Shown here: piece after piece, positions 1 through 9,960 of the stretch
How positions within the stretch are numbered: position 1 is the stretch's first letter
How the letters are laid out: each line of letters opens with the position of its first letter
Source: Octopus sinensis
Lineage: Eukaryota
NCBI RefSeq assembly: GCF_006345805.1
Contig: NW_021836420.1
Span: 1-24,390 of the forward strand
Length of the DNA stretch: 24,390 bases
Direction: 5' to 3'
Notes under the pieces: model-generated
Seen by the model: the letters and a program-made list of their open reading frames with translations, nothing else
Database searches by the model: none
What the model was told of the DNA's origin: nothing
Program-made: the position numbers and the translations under genes

Positions 1-49
1 CATCATCATCATCATCATACCACATCGTCATCATCATCATTGTCATCAG

Positions 50-84
<35 letters not shown>

Positions 85-104
85 TATTATTATTATTATT
101 ATTA
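1..104. repeat. (CAT)n then (TAT)n microsatellite
   Basis: Directly visible trinucleotide runs. Confidence 0.95.
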
Positions 105-539
105 TGACAACAACGATCAATTGGTTGAGTGGGAGAGAAAAAAGTGCCACCAAACGAGGAGGAAAGAACAATTCAATAGTCCTTGAGCCATGAAACATGT
201 TTTACAATAGAAACCATCCTTAATTACAAACATTCCTTTAAATTCCTTCACAATATCTCCAAACACAACGCAATAAAAGAAAAAGAAGCAGAATCGAGAA
301 AAGAAAAACCTTAAAGTAATTGATAAATCCAGAATATAATCGCAAATTGAAAACACAAAACTCCACCAACAAATGAACGAGGAGGCGGCGGAGAAAGCCA
401 ATAACCAATGGCAAAATGCAGACCAATGAACTAACATAAGCAGGTTTATTCATACATTTACCGCCGAATACCAACGTCATCGAATATAAATATACATCAG
501 GCGCAGGCGTGGCTGTGTGATAAGAAACTTGATTTCCTG

Positions 540-765
540 CCTATTTCTTTATTACCCACAAGGGGCTACACACAGAGGGGACAAACAAGGACAGACATAG
601 GTATTAAGTCGATTACATCGACCCCAGTGCGTAACTGGTACTTAATTTATCGACCCCGAAAGGATGAAAGGTAAAGTCGACCTCGGCGGAATTTGAACTC
701 AGAACGTAACGGCAGACGAAATACGGCTACGCATTTCGCCCGGAGTGCTAACGTCTCTGCCAGCT
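540..765 (-). mobile_element. SINE family B (central domain resembling the Meta-SINE domain), nested in SINE A
   Basis: The reverse complement matches the copies at 15512-15744 and 17877-18110, including CCTTTCATCCTTTCGGGGTCGATAAATTAAGTACCAG. The Meta-domain similarity is from recall. Confidence 0.9.
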
Positions 766-860
766 TCCCTACCACATAGCTCCGGGTTCAGTCCCACTGC
801 GTGGCACCTTGGGCAAGTGTCTTCTACTTATAGCCTCGGACTGACCAAAGCTTTGTGAGT

Positions 861-1168
861 TGTTTGTTTGTTCCTTCTCGAGCCATGCCTGGCTCATAAG
901 GGCCGGTTTCCCGGTTTCCTTGGCGTATAGGTTACCCACCTGGACGGGACGCCGGTCCGTCTCAGGTGAGCTGCAAGATGCAGGAGGAAAGAATGAGAGA
1001 AAGTTGTGGCGAAAGAGTCAGTAGAAGTTTCGCCATTACCTTCTGCCGGAGCCGCGTGGAGATTAGGTGTTTCGCTCATAAACACACACATCGCCCGGTC
1101 TGAGATTCGAACCCGCGATCCCTCGACCGCGAGTCCGTCGCTCTAACCACTAGGCCATGTGCCTCCAC
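861..1168 (-). mobile_element. tRNA-derived SINE family C, tail type 1 (V-domain-like), with target-site duplication
   Basis: Minus strand: head GTGGAGGCACATGGCCTAGTGGTTAG (A box), GGTTCGAATCT (B box), (AAAC)n tail. Flanked by CAAAGCTTTGTGAGT (846-860) and CAAAGCCTTGTGGGT (1168-1182). Confidence 0.9.
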
Positions 1169-1871
1169 AAAGCCTTGTGGGTCGGTTTGGTAGACGGAAA
1201 CTGAAAGAAGCTCGTCACATATTTATATATATTCATATTGTGAGTGTATTTGTGTCTGTGTTTGTCCCCCTACCATTGCTTGACAACTGATGTTGGTGTG
1301 TTTATGTTGCCATGACTTAGAGGGTTGGCAAAAGAGGCCGATAGAATAAGTACTAGGCTTAAAAAAGATATTCCTAGGGCCGATTTCTTTGACTAAAACC
1401 CCCTTACGGCGGTGTTCCAGCATGGCCACAGTCAAATGACTGAAACGGTAAAAGAATAAAGGAATCAAAGAATCATAAGAATGAATCTCGAGTCGCGAGA
1501 TCGAACTACATCAGTGGTTCCCAAATTGGGCGGTACTAACTCCCACCACGACCACCACTACCACCTGGAAGGGGTGGAAAGATCCGAGGGGCCGATAATG
1601 GTGAGGGGCAAAAGGGGTAATGGATGTAAAAACAAAGAAAATAATGGGTTGATTAGGTTAAGTTTTATTTGTGAAATACAGTTGTTTTGAATTTGTTTCA
1701 GAAAGTGGTCTATGTTTATGGTGGTGAGTTGAGGAGCGGCGCTAGGGATGTTGTCCGGGTACCAAGGGGCGGCAATCCGAAAAGCTTTGTAGAACCACTG
1801 CTGAACTACATCCTTCTCTATAGCATGTATTGAGCACTTCTCTCTCATTCCATTTACACAATGCAACGTCC

Positions 1872-1902
<31 letters not shown>

Positions 1903-1906
1903 TATA

Positions 1907-2160
1907 GTGACGTATTTTTGCCATTTCAATATGGCTAACCCCTAAGGGTGGATGCTACTGTAGTTTTTAGCCCCAGGAGGACACACTCCTCCAGCTGGCC
2001 ATAGACACACTTTCTGTGTCCTGTCAGTATTTGCAAAGGGAAGTCATCCTTCCCGTCTTCAACTTATGATACACACGGACTCGAGTTTCGAGGTATTGAC
2101 CTCTCGTCAGCGTGTGACAATCATAGTTGTCGCCGAGAATTAGACTTCCTTCACAAATAC
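1907..2160 (-). mobile_element. Non-autonomous Penelope-like terminal-repeat element carrying a hammerhead ribozyme
   Basis: Non-repetitive block between TA tracts containing the HHR at 2072-2116. Its 3' part (1920-2020) is homologous to 12627-12730. The Penelope assignment is inferred from the HHR type. Confidence 0.65.
2072..2116 (-). ncRNA. Minimal type I hammerhead ribozyme, canonical core
   Basis: Minus strand: CACACG-CTGACGA-GAGGT caat ACCTC-GAAAC tcga GTC-CGTGTG. Stem I 6 bp (extended by TATGAT/ATCATA), stem II 5 bp, palindromic stem III, GUC cleavage triplet. Confidence 0.9.
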
Positions 2161-2169
2161 TTATACTTT

Positions 2170-2560
2170 TATATATATATACATATATATGTATATATAT
2201 ATATATATACTATATATATATACATATATATATTTATATATATATGTATGTATGTATATAGGTATGCATATATATATTACATATATAATATATATATGTA
2301 TTTATATATATATGTATGTATGTATGTATGTATATATGCATTATACATATATATATATTAAAATGTATTACTTTCCAGAAAGATTGCCTCATAAGGGTAA
2401 AATTATACATATAAAAGTAATATCGGTGCCTGTGTTGTACCTTTATTCTACTTTTATATATATATAATATATATTATATATATATATATAAATTAATATA
2501 TATATATATTATATAATATATATTAATATAATATTTTTATATATATATATATATATATAT
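2170..2560. repeat. (TA)n / (TATG)n compound microsatellite, interrupted
   Basis: Directly visible. Confidence 0.9.
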
Positions 2561-2704
2561 AAATTATTAGAGAGTTACCACTATGTGGATAACTCTAGTG
2601 CTAAAAATAGCCCCGAAGTATAGGCACAGAGAGATGTTTCCGATTAGAAATAACATTACAATTTAACGGAAGGAAAGTGAAATATAACAAATAAATAGAT
2701 TGAC

Positions 2705-2775
2705 CCTGAACAAATTGTTTCATTACTAATGATATGTAATTTTACTCACATAAACATCCATAAATCATCAGCAGG
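2705..2775 (-). ncRNA. Type I hammerhead ribozyme with extended stem II
   Basis: Minus strand: CCTG-CTGATGA-tttatggatgtttatgtgagtaaaattacatatcattagtaat-GAAACAattTGTT-CAGG. Inner helix TATGTGA/TTACATA; GUU triplet; U-U mismatch at the base of stem II. Confidence 0.7.
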
Positions 2776-2809
2776 TTTGTATCTTATATATATATATTAT
2801 ATATATATA

Positions 2810-2850
<41 letters not shown>

Positions 2851-2920
2851 ATATATATATATGTACGTATGTATGTATGTATGTATGGAGTATTTATGTA
2901 TGTATGTATATATATAATAA

Positions 2921-3255
2921 GCGCAGGAGTGGCTGTGTGGTAAGTAGCGTGCTTACCAACGACATGGTTCCGAGTTCTGTCCCACTGCGTGGCATCTTGG
3001 GCAAGTGGCTTCTACTATAGTCTCATGCCGACCAAAGCCTTGTGAGTGGATTTCGTAGGGGGAAACTGAAAGAATCCCGTTGTGCTTGTCTGCCTAGCAT
3101 TGCTTGACAACCGATGGTGGTGTGTTTATGTCCCCAATAATTACTAGGCTTACAAAGAATAAGTCCTGGGGTCGATTTGCTCGACTAAAGGCGGTGCTCC
3201 AGCATGGCCGCAGTCAAATGACTGAAAAGTAAAACAATAAAAGAGTAAAGAGAGA
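2921..3255 (+). mobile_element. SINE family A, internally deleted copy
   Basis: Colinear with 19516-19926 apart from two internal deletions. Confidence 0.9.
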
Positions 3256-3416
3256 ATATTCACGTGCGTGTGTGTATGTGTGTGGTGGGTGTTGTGTGTG
3301 AAGGCAGGCACGTGGCCAAGTTGTGACACAACGACCTCCAACCCACAAGAGTAAACAAGAGAGACAGAGAAAGGCAGAAACAAGGAAAATGCCTCTTATA
3401 TTTGAACACTATACAA

Positions 3417-3598
3417 ATATTCTTTTAAAAAAAACTTTCCTTTTAATTTTTCTAAATTTAATTATTTAATTGTTACAGTTGAAAAGGTCTCAAATGACCG
3501 AAACCGGTACTGAAATGTTCTTTATAAAATTATTTTAGCATTTTCTATCCTGACTTGTTTTTTCATATATATCAAACTCCGTGTTCCTTTCCATCCTT
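3417..3598 (+). mobile_element. AT-rich HHR-bearing repeat (family H2), single arm
   Basis: Homologous to the arms of 7394-7663 and 19943-20250; ends in GTGTTCCTTTCCATCCTT next to a microsatellite. Confidence 0.8.
3473..3515 (+). ncRNA. Minimal type I hammerhead ribozyme, U3-A8 core variant
   Basis: ttaCAG-TTGAAAA-GGTC tcaaat GACC-GAAAC cg GTA-CTGaaa. Palindromic stem III ACCGGT, GUA triplet, short stem I. Confidence 0.7.
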
Positions 3599-3658
3599 AT
3601 ACATACATACATACATACATAATATATTATATATATATATATATATTAAACATATATA

Positions 3659-3690
<32 letters not shown>

Positions 3691-3921
3691 TATAGATATA
3701 TTATATATGTATGTATTTATGTATGTTATTATATATATATGTATATATATATGACATATATATATATGACTAATGGAGGATAATTTTTTTGATATGGCCA
3801 ACATATCAAAAAATACCTTTAAAGGTTAAATTTATAGTTATATATATATACATATATATATGTATATATATATATATATCTATATATATAATATATAGAT
3901 ATATATATACATATAATATAT

Positions 3922-3982
<61 letters not shown>

Positions 3983-4018
3983 ATATACATATATGTATAT
4001 ATATATATATATATATAT
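3599..4018. repeat. (TACA)n / (TA)n microsatellite tracts
   Basis: Directly visible. Confidence 0.9.
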
Positions 4019-4379
4019 GCGCGTGTGTGTAGATATGCCTGAGTCAACGGACACACGATCCACCATATCGTCTGACCGTAGTATGTGAGATCTCGGCAGC
4101 TGCGTCTTCTTATATTCACTATTGCGATTGAAGAACACGACAAGCACTAAAACATTGTCAAGACACAATGGATGCTGGAGTGTAATGGACAAAACACGCA
4201 GACGACAAATTGAAATATGAAATACAAAGCCAATTATTTCTCTGTGGATTAACGATTGTTGTGTGAGGAGGACTGGGGGGAGAGGGTTACACACCTGACA
4301 AATCGAAAGTACATAAATACGCAAACGCAAATACATACGTCTCTGAGGATTGCCATATACGTATGTCTAGTCGTGCGTA

Positions 4380-4487
4380 CATATGTGTGTATGAATGTGT
4401 GTGTGTGTATGCATGTATGTATGTACGTATATATATATGTGTGTGTGTGTGTGTATGTATATGTATGTACATATTGATATATATATA

Positions 4488-4534
<47 letters not shown>

Positions 4535-4788
4535 GTGTGTGTGTGTATATATAAACATGTGTGTGTGTATATATGTAATACAAATAAGAAAATGGAGAAA
4601 CAAATTTACGGATATTATAATGTTAGATTATTATTCATTTTACAATTGAGAACATCAAAAGCATACAAAATCATTATATAAATCAATAGATAAGATAATA
4701 ATACAAATACAAATTTTAAAAGTCATATTATAAATTAATGATATCCAAAAATGTATATATGTATATATATATATGTATATTTAATATA

Positions 4789-4858
<70 letters not shown>

Positions 4859-5012
4859 ATAATATATATTATATAATATATATATATCTATATATTTATA
4901 TAATATATAATATATTATATACATATATATATATATATATATATAAATATATACATATATATATATATATATATACATACATACATATATGTTATATATA
5001 TATATATATATA
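4380..5012. repeat. (TG)n / (TA)n microsatellite tracts
   Basis: Directly visible, with an AT-rich spacer at about 4580-4750. Confidence 0.9.
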
Positions 5013-5013
5013 A

Positions 5014-5367
5014 GGCACAGGAGTGGCTGCGTGGTAAGTAGCTTGCTTACCAGCCACATGGATCCGGGTTCAGTCCCACTGCGTGGCACCTTGGGCAAGT
5101 GTCTTCTGCTATAGCTTCGGGCCGACCAAGGCCTTGTGAGTGGATTTGGTAGACGAAAACTGAAAGAAGCCCGTCGGATATATGTATATATGTGTATGTG
5201 TATATGTTTGTGTGTCTGTGTTTGTACCCCCAACATCGCTTGACAACCGATGCTAGTGTGTTTACGTCCCCGTAACTTACCAGTTCGGCAAAAGAGACTG
5301 ATAGAATAAGTAATAGGCTTACAAAGAATAAGTCTTGGGGTTGATTTGCTCGACTAAAGGTGGTGCT
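5014..5367 (+). mobile_element. SINE family A, 3'-truncated
   Basis: Colinear with 19516-19875. Confidence 0.9.
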
Positions 5368-5446
5368 ATGTATATATATAGAGATCGCCATGATAGATCG
5401 TTAGCCACTACACAAATTTTTTTCTCTCCTTGGTTTTTCTGTGTCC

Positions 5447-5482
5447 CTTTCTGTAGAAGAACGTAGGCTCGAAACGTAAAAG
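5447..5482 (+). ncRNA. Degenerate hammerhead-like motif
   Basis: CTTT-CTGTAGA-a-GAAC gtag GCTC-GAAACGTA-AAAG. HHR topology, but with an A6U core change, a stem II mismatch and a loopless stem III. Confidence 0.45.
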
Positions 5483-5861
5483 ACTTTTTCTATTCCTGAG
5501 CGTTATACTAATACATCCGTTTGTTTTGTACACCGCCTGTCTTCGTCTTTTGTTTTTTTTTTTCGTAAACTCTCCCTATATATATATATATTATATATAT
5601 ATATAGATATAATATATATATACTCCATTTTGTATTTATATATATAGACTTTGAGTATAGAGTTTGCAATATGCTGTTTAAGGCTACCTGATGTTATGCG
5701 CAGTTTTGATATAAGTGCCAATGGATCTCTTTCGGGAATTCTGCAGTTGTAGCCAACAACCTACAGGCAACAACAACATGCCATATAATCAAAACAAGCT
5801 AAACCTAGAATACTGAGCGAGGAGTTTTCTTAAAAACAAGACACTTGTTGCGATGCATCTG

Positions 5862-5944
5862 CACCGGACGATTCAGTACGACCAAATTTTACTGTACCTA
5901 ACCCGCAAGGGACCGATGCAGGATGAGTCGAAACGATCGTTGTG
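5862..5944 (+). ncRNA. Degenerate hammerhead-like motif with a large stem II insert
   Basis: CAC-CGGACGA-[about 58 nt]-GAAAC gatc GTT-GTG. Palindromic stem III ACGATCGT; U4G core change; AATAAA just downstream. Confidence 0.45.
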
Positions 5945-5991
5945 ATAAATAAAATTCTCGTGAACTCCATTTTCGGGTTCCCTCATTTATT

Positions 5992-6038
<47 letters not shown>

Positions 6039-6068
6039 TAGATAGATAGATAGATGTATGTATATATA

Positions 6069-6190
6069 TTGGCCTGCTCGCTTAGCCAGCGGGGTGGCGT
6101 CATTTGAAAGCTAAAATAATGAGAAGCGCATTGTGACCAGCGATGTGTAGCAACATCAGATAGCCTGGTCGGTCACGGTGATCACGGTGA
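6069..6190 (+). mobile_element. 5'-truncated copy of SINE C tail type 2
   Basis: Near-identical to 6918-7030; ends in (TCACGGTGA)x2. Confidence 0.85.
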
Positions 6191-6440
6191 TATTTGATAT
6201 ATTTTTTTCTAGTTTCAGCTCAGAGCTGCGGCCATGCTGATGCACCGCCGTTATATATATATATGTATGTATATATACATGCATGCATATATATATATTT
6301 ATACATACATGCATATATATACATGTGTGTGGGGGGAGTGTAGGTGTGTGGGGTTGTGGGGGTATATACGCGCGTAAGTCGTCTTAGAGACAATAAGTCA
6401 TGGAAAACATGCGCTCGTATATCAGTTAATAGAGTGGGTG

Positions 6441-6638
6441 TATTATCCGAAATATATAGTATTATGTATACATCACGTCTGATCTTACAATCGGTTTCGC
6501 GCAAGGACTACAATGCAGTGTCAGGTAACAATTCGATTATATATAGTCTCTGAATCTGACTCAATTGTTCCCCTCGCGTGAAACCGATTCGTAAGATCAG
6601 CCGTCATGGATATATAATACTATATATTTCGGATAATA
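6441..6638. repeat. Inverted repeat (arms 6441-6502 and 6576-6638) with a decayed HHR-like motif
   Basis: TATTATCCGAAATATATAGTATTAT...AATCGGTTTC is mirrored on the right. Minus-strand relic TTAC-CTGACAC-TGCA..TGCG-C-GAAACCGATT-GTAA at 6485-6528. Confidence 0.85.
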
Positions 6639-6726
6639 TATATACATACATATATATAATATATGGTGTGTGTGTGTGGTGTGTGTGTGTGTGTGTATGT
6701 GTGTGTGTGTGTGTGTATTTACTTTT

Positions 6727-7030
6727 GTGGAGGTGCAATGGCCCAGTGGTTAGGGCAGCCAAACTCGCGGTCGTAGGATCGCGGTTTCGATTCCCACACC
6801 GGGCATTGTGAGTGTTTATTGCGCGAAAATATCTAAAGTTCCATGAGGCTCCAGCAGGGGGTGGTGGCCATCCCTGCTGTACTCTTTCGTCACAACTTTC
6901 TCTCACTCTTTCTTCTGTTGGCCTGCTCGCTTAGCCAGCGGGGTGGCGTCATTTGAAGGCTAAAACAATGCGAAGCGCATTGTGACCAGTGATGTGTAGC
7001 AACATCTGATAGTCTGGTCGGTCACGGTGA
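6727..7030 (+). mobile_element. tRNA-derived SINE family C, tail type 2
   Basis: Head GTGGAGGTGCAATGGCCCAGTGGTTAGG with B box GTTTCGATTCC. Head and body are shared with 861-1168 and 8817-9179; the 3' end differs. Confidence 0.9.
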
Positions 7031-7094
7031 TATATATATATACTTTTGCTGCGTGGGTTTTGTTAAGCGGCGTCGATTCTGTAAATAAAAATAA

Positions 7095-7384
7095 TAGTAT
7101 TTTATAAGCTTAAAGCTTATAAGCGATTACTGTGGAATGACTAAAGAAAACCGTCTAATAATGGGGAATATAAGCCCTCGGCGAAAAAAAAGTAGGTTTT
7201 CCCGTACGCGTGGGACACGAAACAACATCTCTTTGTTTTCACGGGAAGTGTGCTAGCCATTTATTCCGAGCATAAAGGAAAACCTACTTTTTTCGGTCGG
7301 GAGTTTATATGCCCCATTAGTAGACTATTTTTCTTAGTTCATTGTACAGTGATCACTTATAAGCTTTAAGCTCATAAAATACTA
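7095..7384. mobile_element. MITE-like element with about 108-bp imperfect terminal inverted repeats
   Basis: TAGTATTTTATAAGCTTAAAGCTTATAAG...GTAGGTTTTCC (7095-7202) is mirrored at 7277-7384; no coding capacity. Confidence 0.8.
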
Positions 7385-7393
7385 TATATATAT

Positions 7394-7662
7394 AAGGATG
7401 AAAAGGAACACACGAGTTGATATATACGGAAAAAAAAGTCAAGGTAGAAAATGCTAAAATAATTTTATAAAAAATATTTCAGAATTTAGAAAAATTAAAA
7501 GAAAAGTTTTTTTAAAAGAATATTCTTTTAAAAAAAAACTTTTCTTTCAATTTTTCTAAATTTAATTATTTAATCGTTACAGTTGAAAAAGTCTCAATGA
7601 CTGAAACCAGTACTGAAATGTTTTTTTAAAATTATTTTAGCATTTCTATCTTGACATTTTTT

Positions 7663-7663
<1 letters not shown>
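7394..7663. mobile_element. Family H2 tail-out palindromic element
   Basis: Symmetry centre AAAAGAAT|ATTCTTTT (7514-7529). The left arm has the HHR core deleted; the right arm retains it. Confidence 0.85.
7577..7618 (+). ncRNA. Minimal type I hammerhead ribozyme, U3-A8 core variant
   Basis: ttaCAG-TTGAAAA-AGTC tcaat GACT-GAAAC ca GTA-CTGaaa. The first stem II pair is A-U here versus G-C in the 3473 copy. Confidence 0.65.
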
Positions 7664-7664
<1 letters not shown>

Positions 7665-7698
<34 letters not shown>

Positions 7699-7801
7699 AT
7701 ATATATATATGTATGTATGTATGTATATGTGTGTGTGTGTATGTATGTATATGTATGTATATGTATGTAGGCATGTATGTATACTATATATATAGATATA
7801 T

Positions 7802-7850
<49 letters not shown>

Positions 7851-7909
7851 GTGTATGTATATGTGTGTGTGTGTGGTGTAGTGTATGGTATGTGATGTAG
7901 GCATGTATG

Positions 7910-7953
<44 letters not shown>

Positions 7954-7972
7954 GCGGTGTGTGTGTGTGTGT
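7665..7972. repeat. (TA)n / (TG)n / (TATG)n microsatellite
   Basis: Directly visible. Confidence 0.9.
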
Positions 7973-8275
7973 CTATTTAACTAGACTTTGTGTTTTCATC
8001 CAAAATGGAGACGAACGCCATTCCTCCATGTGATCGGCTTGAAAAATTGTTAAGATATTAATAATACACATATATAGACAAATAAAGAAATTCTATACCC
8101 CAATGCAGGGTCCAGCACTCGCCCCCGCCAGCAATCACATTCTCTATGTTCCACTGGGCTCAAGGCGGTGAAATCGAAAGGGTGTCCATATATGCTCACG
8201 ACTACATAGACACATAACACAGTTGAGGAAAGGATGGGTGGTGGTAGTCAGTCCACATTACTCCGCAAGGAGCAA

Positions 8276-8472
8276 AGGGCTAGTTTCTCGGTTTCTCTGA
8301 CGAACATATATTCCCCATGGATGGGACGCTAGGCCGTCGAATGATTACTCATTTTTGTCAGCTGAGTGGACTGGAGCAACGTGAAATGAAGTGCTTTGCT
8401 CAAGAACACAACGCATCACCCGATCCAGGAATTGAAACCACAACCATACGATTGTCAGCCCATGCACCTCCA
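8276..8472 (-). mobile_element. Older SINE with CORE-like and V-like domains
   Basis: Minus strand: GGAGGTGCATGG head, GTGTTCTTGAGCAAAGCACTTCATTTCACGTTGCTCCAGTCCACTCAGCTG (CORE-like, from recall), and tail GCGTCCCATCCA..GAAACCGAGAAACTAGCCC similar to 900-960. Confidence 0.7.
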
Positions 8473-8816
8473 TACGGTACCAAGCCATATTAGTCCAAGA
8501 ATGACGGCTGGTTCTATTCGACAATGTCCAATATCGGCTATATCCAATTCCTAGAAAGAGAGAGTGAGAGAGGAAAGAGGAAAGGGAGGAAGAGAGAGAG
8601 GAGAAGGGGAGGGGGAGGAAGAGAGAGAAGAATCATCCGTAGTACTTGACATGTGCTTTCTTAATCAACCCTTTACATGATGAAAATTCAAATCAGACCT
8701 CGCCAGAATTTGAAATCTCAGCGCAGAAAACCAGAACAAATATTCCAGAGCATTCCATGCCAATTCGATGCCAACAAACCAAAGAGCGCAAATTCTACAG
8801 ACTTGCTTGACCTGCT

Positions 8817-9179
8817 TGTTTGTTTGTTTGTTGAGCGAAGCGGTCTTCGTCCCAGAGCTTGCAAGATCGCGCCTCGGGAGAAGTCCGAAACGTGGTCCTT
8901 TGCGATTCGTAAGAGAAAGCAGGTCAACCCCCGGCACCGAGAGCATCGACGGATGGATGAATGAATGCGCATCTAGGCTCAGCGGTTGCGTAGGAAATCG
9001 GGGACAAGAAACAGGAAGAAAGAATGAGAGAAAGTTGGGCGAAAGAGTACAACAGGAGCCTCGTGGAGCTTTAGGTGTTTTCGCTCAATGAACACACACA
9101 ACGCCCGGTCTGGGAATCGAAACCGCGATCCTCCGACCGCGAGTCCGCTGCCCTAACCATTGGGCCATTGCGCCTCCAC
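8817..9179 (-). mobile_element. tRNA-derived SINE family C, tail type 3, with perfect TSD
   Basis: Same head as 6727; (AAAC)n tail; flanked by ACTTGCTTGACCTGCT at 8801-8816 and 9178-9193. Confidence 0.92.
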
Positions 9180-9549
9180 TTGCTTGACCTGCTGCAGAAA
9201 GCAGCGAAGTCACGTCCAAATCAACGGTGATGAGACACTAATGGAGTGTAAACTATTTTTAGCAAGGCGAGCTACCACGTAGAGGACTCCTTTGTTGGCT
9301 CTCAGTATGACTCGTTAAATAGTTATAAACATCAACATCACGAATAAAAATACTCAATAACATTTAAGACCAGGCATGGAGCAGCGTTTCGCATTTTATC
9401 CACGTATTAAATGATGCCTTAATAGCGAGACTGGTTGTATCTGGCAGGTTGATTGATTGATACATATCTATGCATTTATTGCGGATATAATTTATTAACA
9501 GGAACGCGCCCTCGGTGTGTTTAATGACGTATCGATAGAAAGAAACGCG

Positions 9550-9568
9550 TGCGTATGTGTGTGGGTGG

Positions 9569-9657
<89 letters not shown>

Positions 9658-9670
9658 CATACATACATAC

Positions 9671-9704
<34 letters not shown>

Positions 9705-9775
9705 TATATATATAATATAATTATGTATGTATGTATAAAATGTATTCTTAATGATTCCAAAATATGCATATATCA

Positions 9776-9831
<56 letters not shown>

Positions 9832-9960
9832 CATACACATATGTATATATAGATATATATAATATATATATGTGTGTGTGTATTTATATATATGTATATA
9901 TATATATGTATATATATATATCTATATATATAATTATATATATATAATATATATATATAT
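9550..9960. repeat. (TA)n microsatellite tracts
   Basis: Directly visible. Confidence 0.9.

Larger units (their letters stand above)
500..1465 (+). mobile_element. tRNA-derived SINE family A, interrupted by two younger SINE insertions
   Basis: Segments 500-537, 766-860 and 1168-1465 join into a copy colinear with the intact element at 19516-19926 (head GGCGCAGGNGTGGCTGTGTG, GGTTCAGTCCC box, tail GCATGGCCNCAGTCAAATGACTGAAAC). Confidence 0.9.

Noticed and set aside
117-480. Hydrophobic minus-strand ORFs of 106 and 80 aa
   Set aside because: They result from an A-rich plus strand; no motif or splice evidence.
1990-2060. Possible SECIS element (ATGA...AAA) downstream of the HHR on the minus strand
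   Set aside because: No complementary helix with the paired GA quartet was found; the ATGA lies in the loop of a GGGAAG/CTTCCC hairpin.
5650-5760. Minus-strand peptide SGSLKQHIANS, reminiscent of Penelope GIY-YIG endonucleases
   Set aside because: No GIY/YIG motifs upstream; the match is too short.
6727-6805. tRNA-like sequence (also at 1095-1168 and 9105-9179)
   Set aside because: It has A and B boxes but no complete cloverleaf and continues into a SINE body, so it is a SINE head and not a tRNA gene.
8665-9091. Overlapping ORFs of 84-107 aa in GC-richer sequence
   Set aside because: They lie within SINE C and a decayed SINE B, so they are incidental frames.
9370-9435. Minus-strand GCAT..ATGC-GAAAC hammerhead-like stem
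   Set aside because: The core reads CTATTAA, and stems I and III do not form convincingly.
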